Virus record (IMG/VR): IMGVR_UViG_3300030419_007196
Location: 32,001 to 96,000 of that record
Source: a virus
Direction: 5' to 3' (one strand)
Length of the DNA: 64,000 bases
Shown piece by piece: positions 8,592 to 17,620 of the stretch. Position 1 is the first letter of the stretch; each line of letters opens with the position of its first letter. A model generated the notes under the pieces. It saw only the letters and a program-made list of their open reading frames with translations, ran no database searches and was not told where the DNA came from. Both the position numbers and the translations under genes were made by a program.

Positions 8592-11500
8592 TTAATCTTC
8601 AAAAGCTGCCCCTGTATTAGTAATTATGAAATCAACTGCGACAAATTCAATTGCCCGGGCTGGTTTCAAGAAAACCTTAGCATACAGAATATTTTGATCA
8701 ATTAGATCTGGTGTTGTAGTTGTTTTATCCAAAACCAATTTATAATCAGTTAAGCCAAATCTAGCCTTGACATCAGCCAAGAATGGATTCGCTCTTGAAA
8801 TAAATCTGTCCCAAGTCTCCTGAACGTTTGGCTCAAAGAGAAGTTCATTTGAAATTCTGGATATCCCCTTCTTCACAAAGAGCAACAATCTTCTGACATT
8901 AATTCTGTCCAAGGCGCTTCTCTTAAGTTGCAAAGTCTTTTGACCAAAGATCACGATACCTTCACTTGGGAAGCTGGCGATTGGGTTAATGTTGGCGTCA
9001 TACAAGTCATCGCGATCATCCGAGGTGAGCCTGTCTGTGACTCCAACAACTGGCAAGCCTGCAATACCGCTAGATAATCCACCACGGTTAAACCCTGCTG
9101 GAGCAAACCACGGAGCTTTAACTCTATCGGTGTACGACATGGCCCCTATTGCCAAGACGGAAGGTGGCATGTAAACTAAGTCGCCAGTCAGAGTATCCCT
9201 AACCTGCACATAGGGGTAATAAGCACATGCGTAGCTGCTATTGATCTGACGATTCTTCATATTAGTAATCGTAGTGGATACTGAGCCGTAATTAACAGTA
9301 CCCGCATTTGCATTCGCGCCTTCGTGACCGGGCTGGAAATCTCCCTCTAGGTCGATAACTGCCAAGGCATCTGCTCTATCCTCTGTCACGTCAATCAAGT
9401 GTCGCGTTAAGCTGTTGTTGGTGATACCGGGGATTGAAACTATATTATATTCAGCGAACTCTGGATCCTTTACGGAATCAATCGCTTGTTTAATTGTGTT
9501 GTAAGCGTAGTTGCTTGTTTCTGTGGTACCATCATGGAACGTATTTCTAATTGGATTTTTCTCTGTGATGTCAAAGCCATCGGTTCCACCATACAGTAAC
9601 GTCGTAAAGGCTGAAATTCCAGTATCCAACAAGCTGGTGTAGCCACCACTAAGAGCGGTGTACGAAGTGCCTGCGCGGCGAGAGCCTGAAACGTAACCGT
9701 ATCTTTTGTTATCATCTTGATATTTAATATCGTCAAGCGTGAAAACCCATTGGTGGGTCAACAAAGGCGCTGTCGACGAGGGATCATGGATCTCGGAAAT
9801 GTCAGACGACGGGGTTCGAACCAAGTCAATAACATCTCTGTTGAAGACAACACTAGAATCACTCTTGCCTGTCCAGACGCCAAAGTTGACCTGACTCAGA
9901 GATGATAGTCCATCTTGATCCGAATTCTGTCTTAGTCTTGCCTCTGGGAACACAAGCTTGTAGCAAAGATCTACATGGGATGATGTGATAAAGTTCGTGC
10001 CTCCGAACGACTCAAGGCCGATTCGGGTGGCTCCAACGTCACCGCCCAGAGCAAAAGCGTGGACACCAGACTCTTTCACCGGGTTGTCGGCTGAAGAAGT
10101 GTAGTGCTGTTTTAGCTGTTGGACGCCATGGAAGCCGGTGGCGGGGTTTCCTGCGGCGCGGGATCCGGAAACAAAAATATCTCTGTATTTAACCGGACCA
10201 TATACACCAAAAGGAGTAAACGATTCATTCGCCGTGCCACCCTCAACAGTTGGATCCAATTCAACGCGAATATATTTAGACCTGTTAGCAAAACTACCTT
10301 TTTCTATCAATCTTCTCTTTGTAGTATCAAATTCAAAAAACCGGGTACCAATCTTGGCTCCAATAAAGTCTGCTGAATTTGGATCTAAGTTACAGCCGCT
10401 GAACTTTTCAATTACCTGCTGGGCTTTATCATTATCCGCAATATTTCTAACAACAACGTCAAAGGTTGGGTATTTTACAAAATTGTTTGTTGGAGCTTTA
10501 ATGTTCTGAATACTAATCTTTATATTCTTTTGTGCCCATGAACCGTGACCCAAGGAGATTATCTTAAACAACTTCTGCATACTTCTCGGATTGTAGCTGC
10601 CAGTCAAAGACGACAAGTCTTGAGAAATAAACCAGCCTGTTCTTGGATCGGTGAATGACCTCTTTTGCCTTGCGTGGTGAACTTGCGTTTGAGTAGATCT
10701 GGCCTCAGTATCTGTCGCTAAGTGTAAAATAACACCCCAATATTTATTGCCGTTGGTGTTGGCGAGTGACGCAGTACAAGTTGTGGCAACATGATTTACA
10801 AATGTGTTTTCGTAACTCTCGCCAAGCCAATAATTCTTTTGTGAGTTAGAGGGAGTTAAGTAAGATGATGTATTAACCAGCGTTGGGTTAGTATTAAAAA
10901 CCTTTCTTATGAACCGGCCGCTGCTCTCGTCAAAGTTAAAGGTTATTTCTTCTAAGACATTCGTCCCTGAAATGACTGCTGTAAAGGCACCGGAGCTATC
11001 AGAGGCAATCGGCTCGGCTTGAGCAAACTCTTTTGGGTATGCAGATGAGAATGTCGAGTGGCCCTTTAAGCCAACAGACCCTTTGTTAACATACCAGACT
11101 GCAGCCAAAGAACCAGTAGTTTGCTTTAAAGCTTTGTTTTCGCCGCCAGAGCCAGTAATTTTACTATCAAAAACCCAAAGGCCGAACGCGCCGCCTTTCA
11201 TCTCAGACGGGCTTCCTACCGATGCGTTTAGCAAAGGTGAGCCTTCGACGCTCCAATCGGTTGATGCCTCGGCGGCGTCCATCAACTGATCTGTTTTCCA
11301 GCCGGCAAGAGCTTGGACATCACCTGTGTTGTTCAAATGTGCCGTACCACCTAATCTGAAATAAGTAAGCGTTGGCGAATTTTTTAACCATGCTTGTGCG
11401 GCATATGTGCCGTACATCGGAGTAATTTTATTACCATTACGCCAAACATCATCGCCGTTGCCACCAGCAACGGGGTTACCATAAATGTTTACAAATTCCT

Positions 11501-11657
11501 CAAACGAATCTACTGTAACGGGGCGATTGGCGGGTCCTCTAAAGGCCCGACCAATAATCATTGGACCTATTTCTCTTGGCTCTCTTGGCAAAATTGAATT
11601 ATCAATTTCGTTTAGAAAGACTCCGGGTGAAACAAATTTAAACTTCTTAGCACTCAT
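8592..11657 (-). CDS. gp18: Contractile tail sheath protein with large insertions
   Basis: FVSPGVFLNEID at the N-terminus; WFAPAGFNRG, INPIASFP, GQKTLQ, LDRINVRRLL and PARAIEFVAVDF. Confidence 0.97.
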   Translation of the reverse strand: MSAKKFKFVSPGVFLNEIDNSILPREPREIGPMIIGRAFRGPANRPVTVDSFEEFVNIYGNPVAGGNGDDVWRNGNKITPMYGTYAAQAWLKNSPTLTYFRLGGTAHLNNTGDVQALAGWKTDQLMDAAEASTDWSVEGSPLLNASVGSPSEMKGGAFGLWVFDSKITGSGGENKALKQTTGSLAAVWYVNKGSVGLKGHSTFSSAYPKEFAQAEPIASDSSGAFTAVISGTNVLEEITFNFDESSGRFIRKVFNTNPTLVNTSSYLTPSNSQKNYWLGESYENTFVNHVATTCTASLANTNGNKYWGVILHLATDTEARSTQTQVHHARQKRSFTDPRTGWFISQDLSSLTGSYNPRSMQKLFKIISLGHGSWAQKNIKISIQNIKAPTNNFVKYPTFDVVVRNIADNDKAQQVIEKFSGCNLDPNSADFIGAKIGTRFFEFDTTKRRLIEKGSFANRSKYIRVELDPTVEGGTANESFTPFGVYGPVKYRDIFVSGSRAAGNPATGFHGVQQLKQHYTSSADNPVKESGVHAFALGGDVGATRIGLESFGGTNFITSSHVDLCYKLVFPEARLRQNSDQDGLSSLSQVNFGVWTGKSDSSVVFNRDVIDLVRTPSSDISEIHDPSSTAPLLTHQWVFTLDDIKYQDDNKRYGYVSGSRRAGTSYTALSGGYTSLLDTGISAFTTLLYGGTDGFDITEKNPIRNTFHDGTTETSNYAYNTIKQAIDSVKDPEFAEYNIVSIPGITNNSLTRHLIDVTEDRADALAVIDLEGDFQPGHEGANANAGTVNYGSVSTTITNMKNRQINSSYACAYYPYVQVRDTLTGDLVYMPPSVLAIGAMSYTDRVKAPWFAPAGFNRGGLSSGIAGLPVVGVTDRLTSDDRDDLYDANINPIASFPSEGIVIFGQKTLQLKRSALDRINVRRLLLFVKKGISRISNELLFEPNVQETWDRFISRANPFLADVKARFGLTDYKLVLDKTTTTPDLIDQNILYAKVFLKPARAIEFVAVDFIITNTGAAFED

Positions 11658-11690
11658 TTAATCGGGTCTCCTAGTCATACTTTGCTATAG

Positions 11691-11697
11691 TAAATAG
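11691..11697 (-). promoter_or_regulatory. Putative late promoter CTATTTA upstream of sheath
   Basis: Intergenic motif followed by SD AGGAG. Confidence 0.55.
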
Positions 11698-11718
11698 TTA
11701 AAGAAAGGTCAAAAAGTA

Positions 11719-12732
11719 TTAGTCTTTAAAAAATCCATCGCCGGCTTCATTAAGATCTCCGACTATAACATGTTCTCTGGGAAATCTAATTTTCACCTGA
11801 TTTTCTACGACAGAATAATCACCTATATTGTCATTCACTCCACGGCCTGTAATATAGCCCAGCACTCTAAGCTTAACCGTGGCTTCATATCTTTTTTCCT
11901 CTTCAGCCAAATTGCTAATATTGTCGTCTAAAGTCATGCCATCCAAGAAAGCCTCATATCTATGATTTCTAGAATAAATCATAAAATTATTAATATTATT
12001 TGAATAAACTGCAAGATACTGGAGCATCTGGTTCAACTGGCTTTGATAATCAGACCTAATATTAATTGAATAATTAAAATTATAATAAATTGGAAGCGGA
12101 ACATAATATCTTTTATACACAACCCTCTGATTCTTTGGGGTCGGAAAATTTTCATCCTCATTATTTATTCTTAAATTTGTTGCCCTTGCAAAATTTCTTG
12201 TCTTTTCCTGAAGCACTTTTTTACCAATATAAAATTGGTTCATTTCGCGATCAACACCATTTTGTTTTTTTCTAAAAACATTTCCCGGTATGGGGCGGTT
12301 GCCGGCAACTGCTCGCTCCATCGTATCTCTCTTAATCGATATTAAAGGAAAAATTAAAGAATCTGAGTCTGATTGTCTTAGTTCTCTATTTGTTTTTATC
12401 TGGTGCGCTCTTTCTGAGGTAAGCCAAATTACTGGAACTTTTTTAAACCCTGAGTTGGTTTCTGTGTGTATGTTTAGAGTTTCATCAACCCACTGCAGCA
12501 CGGCATAATCAACCGTCTCTTGATTACTCTCTTTTAAAACTAACTGTTCTTGATTTGGAATCCCCAAAGTTTTTAAAAAAACTGCCCTGCTCTTGCAAGG
12601 ATAATGTACACCCTTTGTATTTGTGTGGTGTCCGGTACAACCAATTTGCTGCGCAGCCTTTTGTGCCTTCTTGCTGCTTTCAAATGCATATTTAACATCG
12701 GCAGCGTATGAACTCATTTGTTTACTTGGCAT
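11719..12732 (-). CDS. Tail terminator / sheath stabiliser (gp15-like) with an N-terminal Cys/His module
   Basis: KVPVIWLTSER, FPLISIKR and YYNFNYSINI core; lies between neck and sheath. Confidence 0.7.
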   Translation of the reverse strand: MPSKQMSSYAADVKYAFESSKKAQKAAQQIGCTGHHTNTKGVHYPCKSRAVFLKTLGIPNQEQLVLKESNQETVDYAVLQWVDETLNIHTETNSGFKKVPVIWLTSERAHQIKTNRELRQSDSDSLIFPLISIKRDTMERAVAGNRPIPGNVFRKKQNGVDREMNQFYIGKKVLQEKTRNFARATNLRINNEDENFPTPKNQRVVYKRYYVPLPIYYNFNYSINIRSDYQSQLNQMLQYLAVYSNNINNFMIYSRNHRYEAFLDGMTLDDNISNLAEEEKRYEATVKLRVLGYITGRGVNDNIGDYSVVENQVKIRFPREHVIVGDLNEAGDGFFKD

Positions 12733-13216
12733 TAAATTTACCCTCTCTGGCTCTTATACACTTGGCGACTATTTCAACCTTGGTGTCGGTCTGGCCAAAC
12801 AGTTGTTGAGGTTCGCTTAAGGACACTATCTCATAAAACAAATCGCCGTATTTAACAAAATCTCCTTCTCTAACATATAAGTTTTGATCCTCTGTAAGTC
12901 TACGTTTATGAAAATGAATTGTAATTGCTCGCCTTCTATCAACGCCAAACTTGCCCGTCTCTGTAATATATTCATTCCATTCAATAAGCGCATAGACTTT
13001 AATCGGTGGCAAGAAGGTTTTAGTTATTGCCTCGCCATATACCTCGTGAAATTCAGTATGTTCTACACTAATTGGATAATAAAAAACACCTTGCCCAATT
13101 ACTCGCTCTACTACTTCATCTGTAACTTGTTTAACAAAGTTTCTTTCTTTTTCGCCAGTAAATAGAGGGGGTGGCGGTGCTTCTGGTCTTGTCCATTTCT
13201 CGTTGTCGTTAGCCAT
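12722..13216 (-). CDS. Neck / head closure protein (gp14-like)
   Basis: GQGVFYYPI...YGEAITKTF...VREGDFV pattern and position. Confidence 0.75.
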   Translation of the reverse strand: MANDNEKWTRPEAPPPPLFTGEKERNFVKQVTDEVVERVIGQGVFYYPISVEHTEFHEVYGEAITKTFLPPIKVYALIEWNEYITETGKFGVDRRRAITIHFHKRRLTEDQNLYVREGDFVKYGDLFYEIVSLSEPQQLFGQTDTKVEIVAKCIRAREGKFNAK

Positions 13217-13219
13217 TCA

Positions 13220-14476
13220 TTATCCCATAAAAATTGGTAAGGGAATTTTTGTATGTAGCTTCTCAGCATTTTCTGCTAATTGTGCATCCCTCTCTGCCAA
13301 TTTAGCGTAAGTTAATTCATCCAACACCTTGTTAAGTTCCTCTTTAAGTGAAGCCTTCTCCTCCTTCGCCTGTGATAATAAATCAGAAGCATTAAGAGTG
13401 ACATTATTGCCGGGGATCGGGATTGTACTCAGCTTACCTCTAATCTGACCCAGCACTTCCTTACTTAAAGCTAACGCGTATCTTCTAATCCACTGTTTAC
13501 CAATTGAGTTTATATTTTCAAACGGAATATTTGCATAAGGTAATGTGTTTAGATTATTAACACCTTCAATTCCAGATCTTCTATCTGAATATTCATCTAA
13601 GGAACTCTTTTCAAGCCTAAATTTAAAATACATTTTTGATGGGTGAATTCCATCTGGGGCTGGATATATCCTCACCTTGTTGTTGTGAATCTCATATGAG
13701 TAATGTGAAATCCTTGTGTAGATTGAATCTTCATAAGCCATAGCCTGAGCTTTGTTCTGCCAAGTAGGCACTACTTCAAAAGTGGACTCGTCTGAATATT
13801 GACCATAACTAGATAGGTTGCCTACCACATTCATGCCACCGTAATAATTGAAGAACCTCCATTGTGCTCGGGGCGCAACATAGAAAACCTTAGTTACTGT
13901 AATTCTATTATTATTTAATGCATCGCCGGCGTCTAAGTCTAAGTTACCGGAGGCAATTGCGCCGGAAACCACATCCTGTAAATCATAGTCTTGTTTTTTA
14001 TTTGTTAATCTAAAAGAGGCTGTATATTCGGTTACATCGCCGTTTAAAGCAGCTTGGATAGCCAAGCCATCCCCAACACGCTGACTGGCTTCAAACGTGA
14101 ATCTGGGCATTTTTAAGGCTGCCCCGGTAGGCCCTTCTGTAATTTCACCATCCTCATTAAATGAAGCGGTGGCGTTTCCGAGTAAATCGCCAAGTGAATT
14201 TTTTGCCTGATGTAAGTTAACTATATAAGAATATTCTAAGACAGCTTCCTCATAAGAGGCATAAACATTACCTGTTTTTAATTCGATATCTAAGACATCG
14301 CCGCCGAGTTTCTTATAAGTATAGGCAACCTGATCTACTGCGCCTGCAAGAAAGGCTTCCGAATCACTATAAATTCCATATGGTAACAAACCCGCAACTT
14401 CTGCGAGCGAGCCAGTTGAAGTCAATATGGATTTGCTTGTCTGGCTTTCCGGTGTTAAAGTTGGCAATGCTGGCAT
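13220..14476 (-). CDS. Neck / head-tail adaptor (gp13-like)
   Basis: KLGGDVLDIEL; WIRRYALALSKEVLGQIRGK..IPIPG..VTLN. Confidence 0.85.
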   Translation of the reverse strand: MPALPTLTPESQTSKSILTSTGSLAEVAGLLPYGIYSDSEAFLAGAVDQVAYTYKKLGGDVLDIELKTGNVYASYEEAVLEYSYIVNLHQAKNSLGDLLGNATASFNEDGEITEGPTGAALKMPRFTFEASQRVGDGLAIQAALNGDVTEYTASFRLTNKKQDYDLQDVVSGAIASGNLDLDAGDALNNNRITVTKVFYVAPRAQWRFFNYYGGMNVVGNLSSYGQYSDESTFEVVPTWQNKAQAMAYEDSIYTRISHYSYEIHNNKVRIYPAPDGIHPSKMYFKFRLEKSSLDEYSDRRSGIEGVNNLNTLPYANIPFENINSIGKQWIRRYALALSKEVLGQIRGKLSTIPIPGNNVTLNASDLLSQAKEEKASLKEELNKVLDELTYAKLAERDAQLAENAEKLHTKIPLPIFMG

Positions 14477-14496
14477 TATTTAGTCTCCTGTCTTAA

Positions 14497-14503
14497 TAAA
14501 TAG
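14497..14503 (-). promoter_or_regulatory. Putative late promoter CTATTTA upstream of neck gene
   Basis: Intergenic AACTATTTATT followed by SD AGGAG. Confidence 0.55.
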
Positions 14504-14525
14504 TTATTAAGTTAAGACAAATAAG

Positions 14526-14837
14526 TCAATTAGATTTCTTTGTTGCTGTAGTTGCTTTTTTATTGCTATTTGTCCGACGCGTACTTTTCTTTTTGCGGGA
14601 AGTGACCTTTGGTGCCGGCGGCTTTTGTTTTGGTGTTGTTACAGTTGGAGCTTTTGTTTTATTTTCTTTTGCCTCGTTTGATACGGCCGGCTCTACTTCT
14701 TCCTTTATATATTTGACAACAACAGGAATCTCCGCTTCTTCAACTTTTTCCTTTATCTCTTTTAAAACTTCAAATTTTTGTTTTAATTTTTTACCAAACT
14801 TTTCTATGTTTAAAAGATATCTTTTCTTCTTTCCCAC
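14526..14837 (-). CDS. Small Lys-rich basic hypothetical protein
   Basis: GTG start with SD AGGAG; K/T/P-rich tail. Confidence 0.7.
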   Translation of the reverse strand: MGKKKRYLLNIEKFGKKLKQKFEVLKEIKEKVEEAEIPVVVKYIKEEVEPAVSNEAKENKTKAPTVTTPKQKPPAPKVTSRKKKSTRRTNSNKKATTATKKSN

Positions 14838-14850
14838 TTTAAACTCCTAT

Positions 14851-14885
14851 AAAAAACAAAAACCCCTCCTATAATTGAAGGGGTT
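14851..14885 (-). terminator. Rho-independent terminator
   Basis: Minus strand AACCCCTTC-loop-GGAGGGGTT followed by TTTGTTTTTT. Confidence 0.75.
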
Positions 14886-14906
14886 CATGTATAAAAAAAT
14901 GTTAAA

Positions 14907-15107
14907 TTAAAACCTGTCTTCGATTCTAGCCAATTCTCTGTTCGCCAAAGATCGCTCACGACCGGGGGCAGCGCGTTTTGCCTTAATATAAGCTGCCAAC
15001 CACTCTTCTACGGTAGGCTTTCTTGCCGGCTTGCTAGGAGCCTTTGGTGCTGGTCGAGCCTTTACTGATTCAACCTTTTTAGCTATAGTCTTTTTAATTG
15101 TTGCCAT
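14907..15107 (-). CDS. Small Lys/Ala/Pro-rich basic hypothetical protein
   Basis: 66 aa, SD GGAG. Confidence 0.7.
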   Translation of the reverse strand: MATIKKTIAKKVESVKARPAPKAPSKPARKPTVEEWLAAYIKAKRAAPGRERSLANRELARIEDRF

Positions 15108-15141
15108 TTTGTTTAATTCTCCATATTATAATAATGTTATG

Positions 15142-15690
15142 TTATACCTGACTAAATAACACAGCATCGCCCGTGATTGAACCAGATACAACCATTACAC
15201 CGTCCAACAACCAGCCACGGTCACCAGCTTTTGTTATGGTATAATGAGAGCCTTGAAACCCTATTGATTGTGGTACATTAATTCCAGCGACAGAAGCTGA
15301 TAACACAGTTACTGCAGTAGTCCCATATGCCGCTTGGAGATAGTGGCTATCGCTAGAGGAACCTTTACTTAACTCGCCATGCTCAATTAAGAACAGGCCG
15401 CCTTCAATAGTATCTCCTGAAAGATTACCTATCTCTAATGTTGATCCGGTGACAGCATGGTGAAAGTGATCTACATTCACAAAGCTAATATGCCAGCCGT
15501 CATGACAATCTGCACTAGCTGGAAGGTGCACCACTCCGCCGCCGGCGCCATAGCCAGAATCAGAGTAGTTACTACCAGTTGATAGTTCAAACACCGTTCC
15601 ACAGTCACGGACGTGAATCTCGTTTTCAAGAGTCATATCCAATTTTTGGACTCTAACTCTATCAGCATGTGAAAATCCGTGTTTAGCCAT
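15142..15690 (-). CDS. Capsid-associated paralog 4 (decoration/fibre-like); start revised to 15690
   Basis: SD GGAGG precedes MAKHGFSH, which matches the N-termini of the three upstream paralogs. Confidence 0.75.
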   Translation of the reverse strand: MAKHGFSHADRVRVQKLDMTLENEIHVRDCGTVFELSTGSNYSDSGYGAGGGVVHLPASADCHDGWHISFVNVDHFHHAVTGSTLEIGNLSGDTIEGGLFLIEHGELSKGSSSDSHYLQAAYGTTAVTVLSASVAGINVPQSIGFQGSHYTITKAGDRGWLLDGVMVVSGSITGDAVLFSQV

Positions 15691-15691
15691 T

Positions 15692-16285
15692 TTATACCTC
15701 CAACTCGTAAATTGAATTCGTTGATCCGGCGCTTGTGACAGAGCCTGAAATTGCACTAACGCCCGTGAGTATCCAGTCACTAGTGCCATTTAAGACCTCT
15801 ATTCTTGACCCCTTAAGACCAATTTGAGTAACTTCTTTTATTGTGTTAGTGGTAACAGAACCAGACATTAAAACTACTTTATTAAACCCTGTTGAAAGAG
15901 CAAATCGTGTATCAGAAGCTGCAGCCACACTAAGACCATCGTTTTCAACCATGGCAAGGCCACCGACGAACGTTGCATCCGCCGCGATATCGGCTGTGGC
16001 CATCCCAAGTGTAGCTCCCGTCACAGCAAAATGAAAAACATCCTTCGTTATAAAGCTGCAATTCCAGCCCGTTTCAATATCATCTCTTGCCGGCAAGATA
16101 ATTGCCGCGCCGCCAGCAGAGAAAGCAGAGTCGGAATAGCTTCCGGTTGATAAAATAAACGTTTTGCCACAGTCAGAGGCTAACAATTGCTTGGTTAGAG
16201 GGTCACCACCGGGAGTTTCCTGTTCGCCGAGATCTATATCCTCAACAATCCCCTTGTTTGTGAATGAAAAACCGTTTTTAGACAT
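15692..16285 (-). CDS. Capsid-associated paralog 3
   Basis: MSKNGFSF...DCGKTF...LP...GWN...FHFAVT; SD GGAG. Confidence 0.75.
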   Translation of the reverse strand: MSKNGFSFTNKGIVEDIDLGEQETPGGDPLTKQLLASDCGKTFILSTGSYSDSAFSAGGAAIILPARDDIETGWNCSFITKDVFHFAVTGATLGMATADIAADATFVGGLAMVENDGLSVAAASDTRFALSTGFNKVVLMSGSVTTNTIKEVTQIGLKGSRIEVLNGTSDWILTGVSAISGSVTSAGSTNSIYELEV

Positions 16286-16302
16286 TATTATTACTCTCCA
16301 TT

Positions 16303-16875
16303 CTATATGCTCACATCATAATAGCCGAATTCGTCAGCGTTAGTAGTTGGAACAGCACCGGAAATTGCAACAATACCAGATACTAACCAATAATCAGTAC
16401 CGGCAACGATTCGAACTTTTGAACCCGGGAGGCCGACACGCGTAAAGTTTGCATAAGACCCGGGTGATCCAGACACTAATGTGAGTGCGCCTGCAGCGTT
16501 ATCCGCTGGTAGTTGTGCGTAGTAAGTGTTGCTTAATGCCCCGACATTTGTAGCTTCATGTTCCATTAGAGTGACGCCGCCATACCATTTGTCAGCGGTG
16601 TTCTTATAAAGAACTGATGCAGTTACAGCATGGTGAAACGTATCAACTCCAATAATTGTTATATTCCAACCTTCGTCAACATCAACTAGGGCCGGCAAGT
16701 AACAGTCTCTGCCACCTGCTGTGTAGGGGGTGTCGGCATAATTACTACCAGTCGACATTTCAAATACTTTACCGCAATCATTCAATACGAAGTATTTGGC
16801 GCCGTCAGCGGTTGCTCCGAGGTCTAGACCCTCGACCCTCTTTTTGTCACTAAATGTAAAAGCAGATTTACTCAT
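16303..16875 (-). CDS. Capsid-associated paralog 2
   Basis: MSKSAFTF...DCGKVF...LP...GWN...FHHAVT. Confidence 0.75.
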   Translation of the reverse strand: MSKSAFTFSDKKRVEGLDLGATADGAKYFVLNDCGKVFEMSTGSNYADTPYTAGGRDCYLPALVDVDEGWNITIIGVDTFHHAVTASVLYKNTADKWYGGVTLMEHEATNVGALSNTYYAQLPADNAAGALTLVSGSPGSYANFTRVGLPGSKVRIVAGTDYWLVSGIVAISGAVPTTNADEFGYYDVSI

Positions 16876-16896
16876 TAATGGATTTTTTCCCTAAGA

Positions 16897-17505
16897 TTAA
16901 ATAAATGGTGTCGTTTGACTAGAACCCGAGATAGCGATTAATGATTCAACACCCCAGAAGCCATTCGAATTATCGACGCAGGTAATAGAGACGTAAGAAC
17001 CGTTATATCCTTTGCCGCTACCTGTGCCTCGGGGGGGCTGGCCTGCGATGAAAACATCGCCCTCACCTTGAGAACCACTCATCATTTGGAAAGCGCCGCT
17101 ATAGCCGCTGCCGCCGGTGCCCGTTGGGTCTGTGAAGAATTGGTCATAAGAGCCACTAAGGCCGCCGCCACCAAGGCCGGTAACTCCGGTGCCGCCGAGG
17201 TTTTGGAGAGAACTAGACATCTCTGCGAAGGAACAGCCACCATAAAGTTTTTCATTACTATTGGAACATGAAATCACAGTAGTTTTTCCGGTCGATGGCG
17301 GGTGAATCGATGTGACTTTTATATTCCAGCCATTCTCAACATCAGTAATTGATGGTAAGGTAATTGTAATATTATTGGTTGCGTCCGTAATGTAGTAGGT
17401 AGTACCGCTATCTTTTGAGCTTACTTCCTTCGTCAAGTCCGCTGCTGATGCATCGAGCGATTCTACCTTGACTTTGTTACTGAATGAATATCCGTTTTTA
17501 GACAT
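16897..17505 (-). CDS. Capsid-associated paralog 1; start revised to 17505
   Basis: SD AAGGAG precedes MSKNGYSF...DSGTTY...LP...GWN. Confidence 0.75.
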   Translation of the reverse strand: MSKNGYSFSNKVKVESLDASAADLTKEVSSKDSGTTYYITDATNNITITLPSITDVENGWNIKVTSIHPPSTGKTTVISCSNSNEKLYGGCSFAEMSSSLQNLGGTGVTGLGGGGLSGSYDQFFTDPTGTGGSGYSGAFQMMSGSQGEGDVFIAGQPPRGTGSGKGYNGSYVSITCVDNSNGFWGVESLIAISGSSQTTPFI

Positions 17506-17537
17506 GACTAATTCTCCTTCTGAATCTAGTATCATAA

Positions 17538-17544
17538 TAAATAG
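17538..17544 (-). promoter_or_regulatory. Putative late promoter CTATTTA for the paralog array
   Basis: Immediately after the capsid terminator. Confidence 0.55.
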
Positions 17545-17551
17545 TATCTTA

Positions 17552-17594
17552 TAAAAGAAGATTCCCCGCTGGTCATAAAAACCAGCGGGGAATC
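17552..17594 (-). terminator. Rho-independent terminator after major capsid gene
   Basis: Perfect 14-bp stem GATTCCCCGCTGGT/ACCAGCGGGGAATC, 7-nt loop, followed on the minus strand by TTCTTTT. Confidence 0.9.
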
Positions 17595-17620
17595 CCTCCG
17601 TTAGGTTAAGTTAATTAAGA

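Noticed and set aside
15691-15789. N-terminal extension of the 215-aa ORF (likewise 17506..17535)
   Set aside because: SD position and paralog alignment place the starts at 15690 and 17505.
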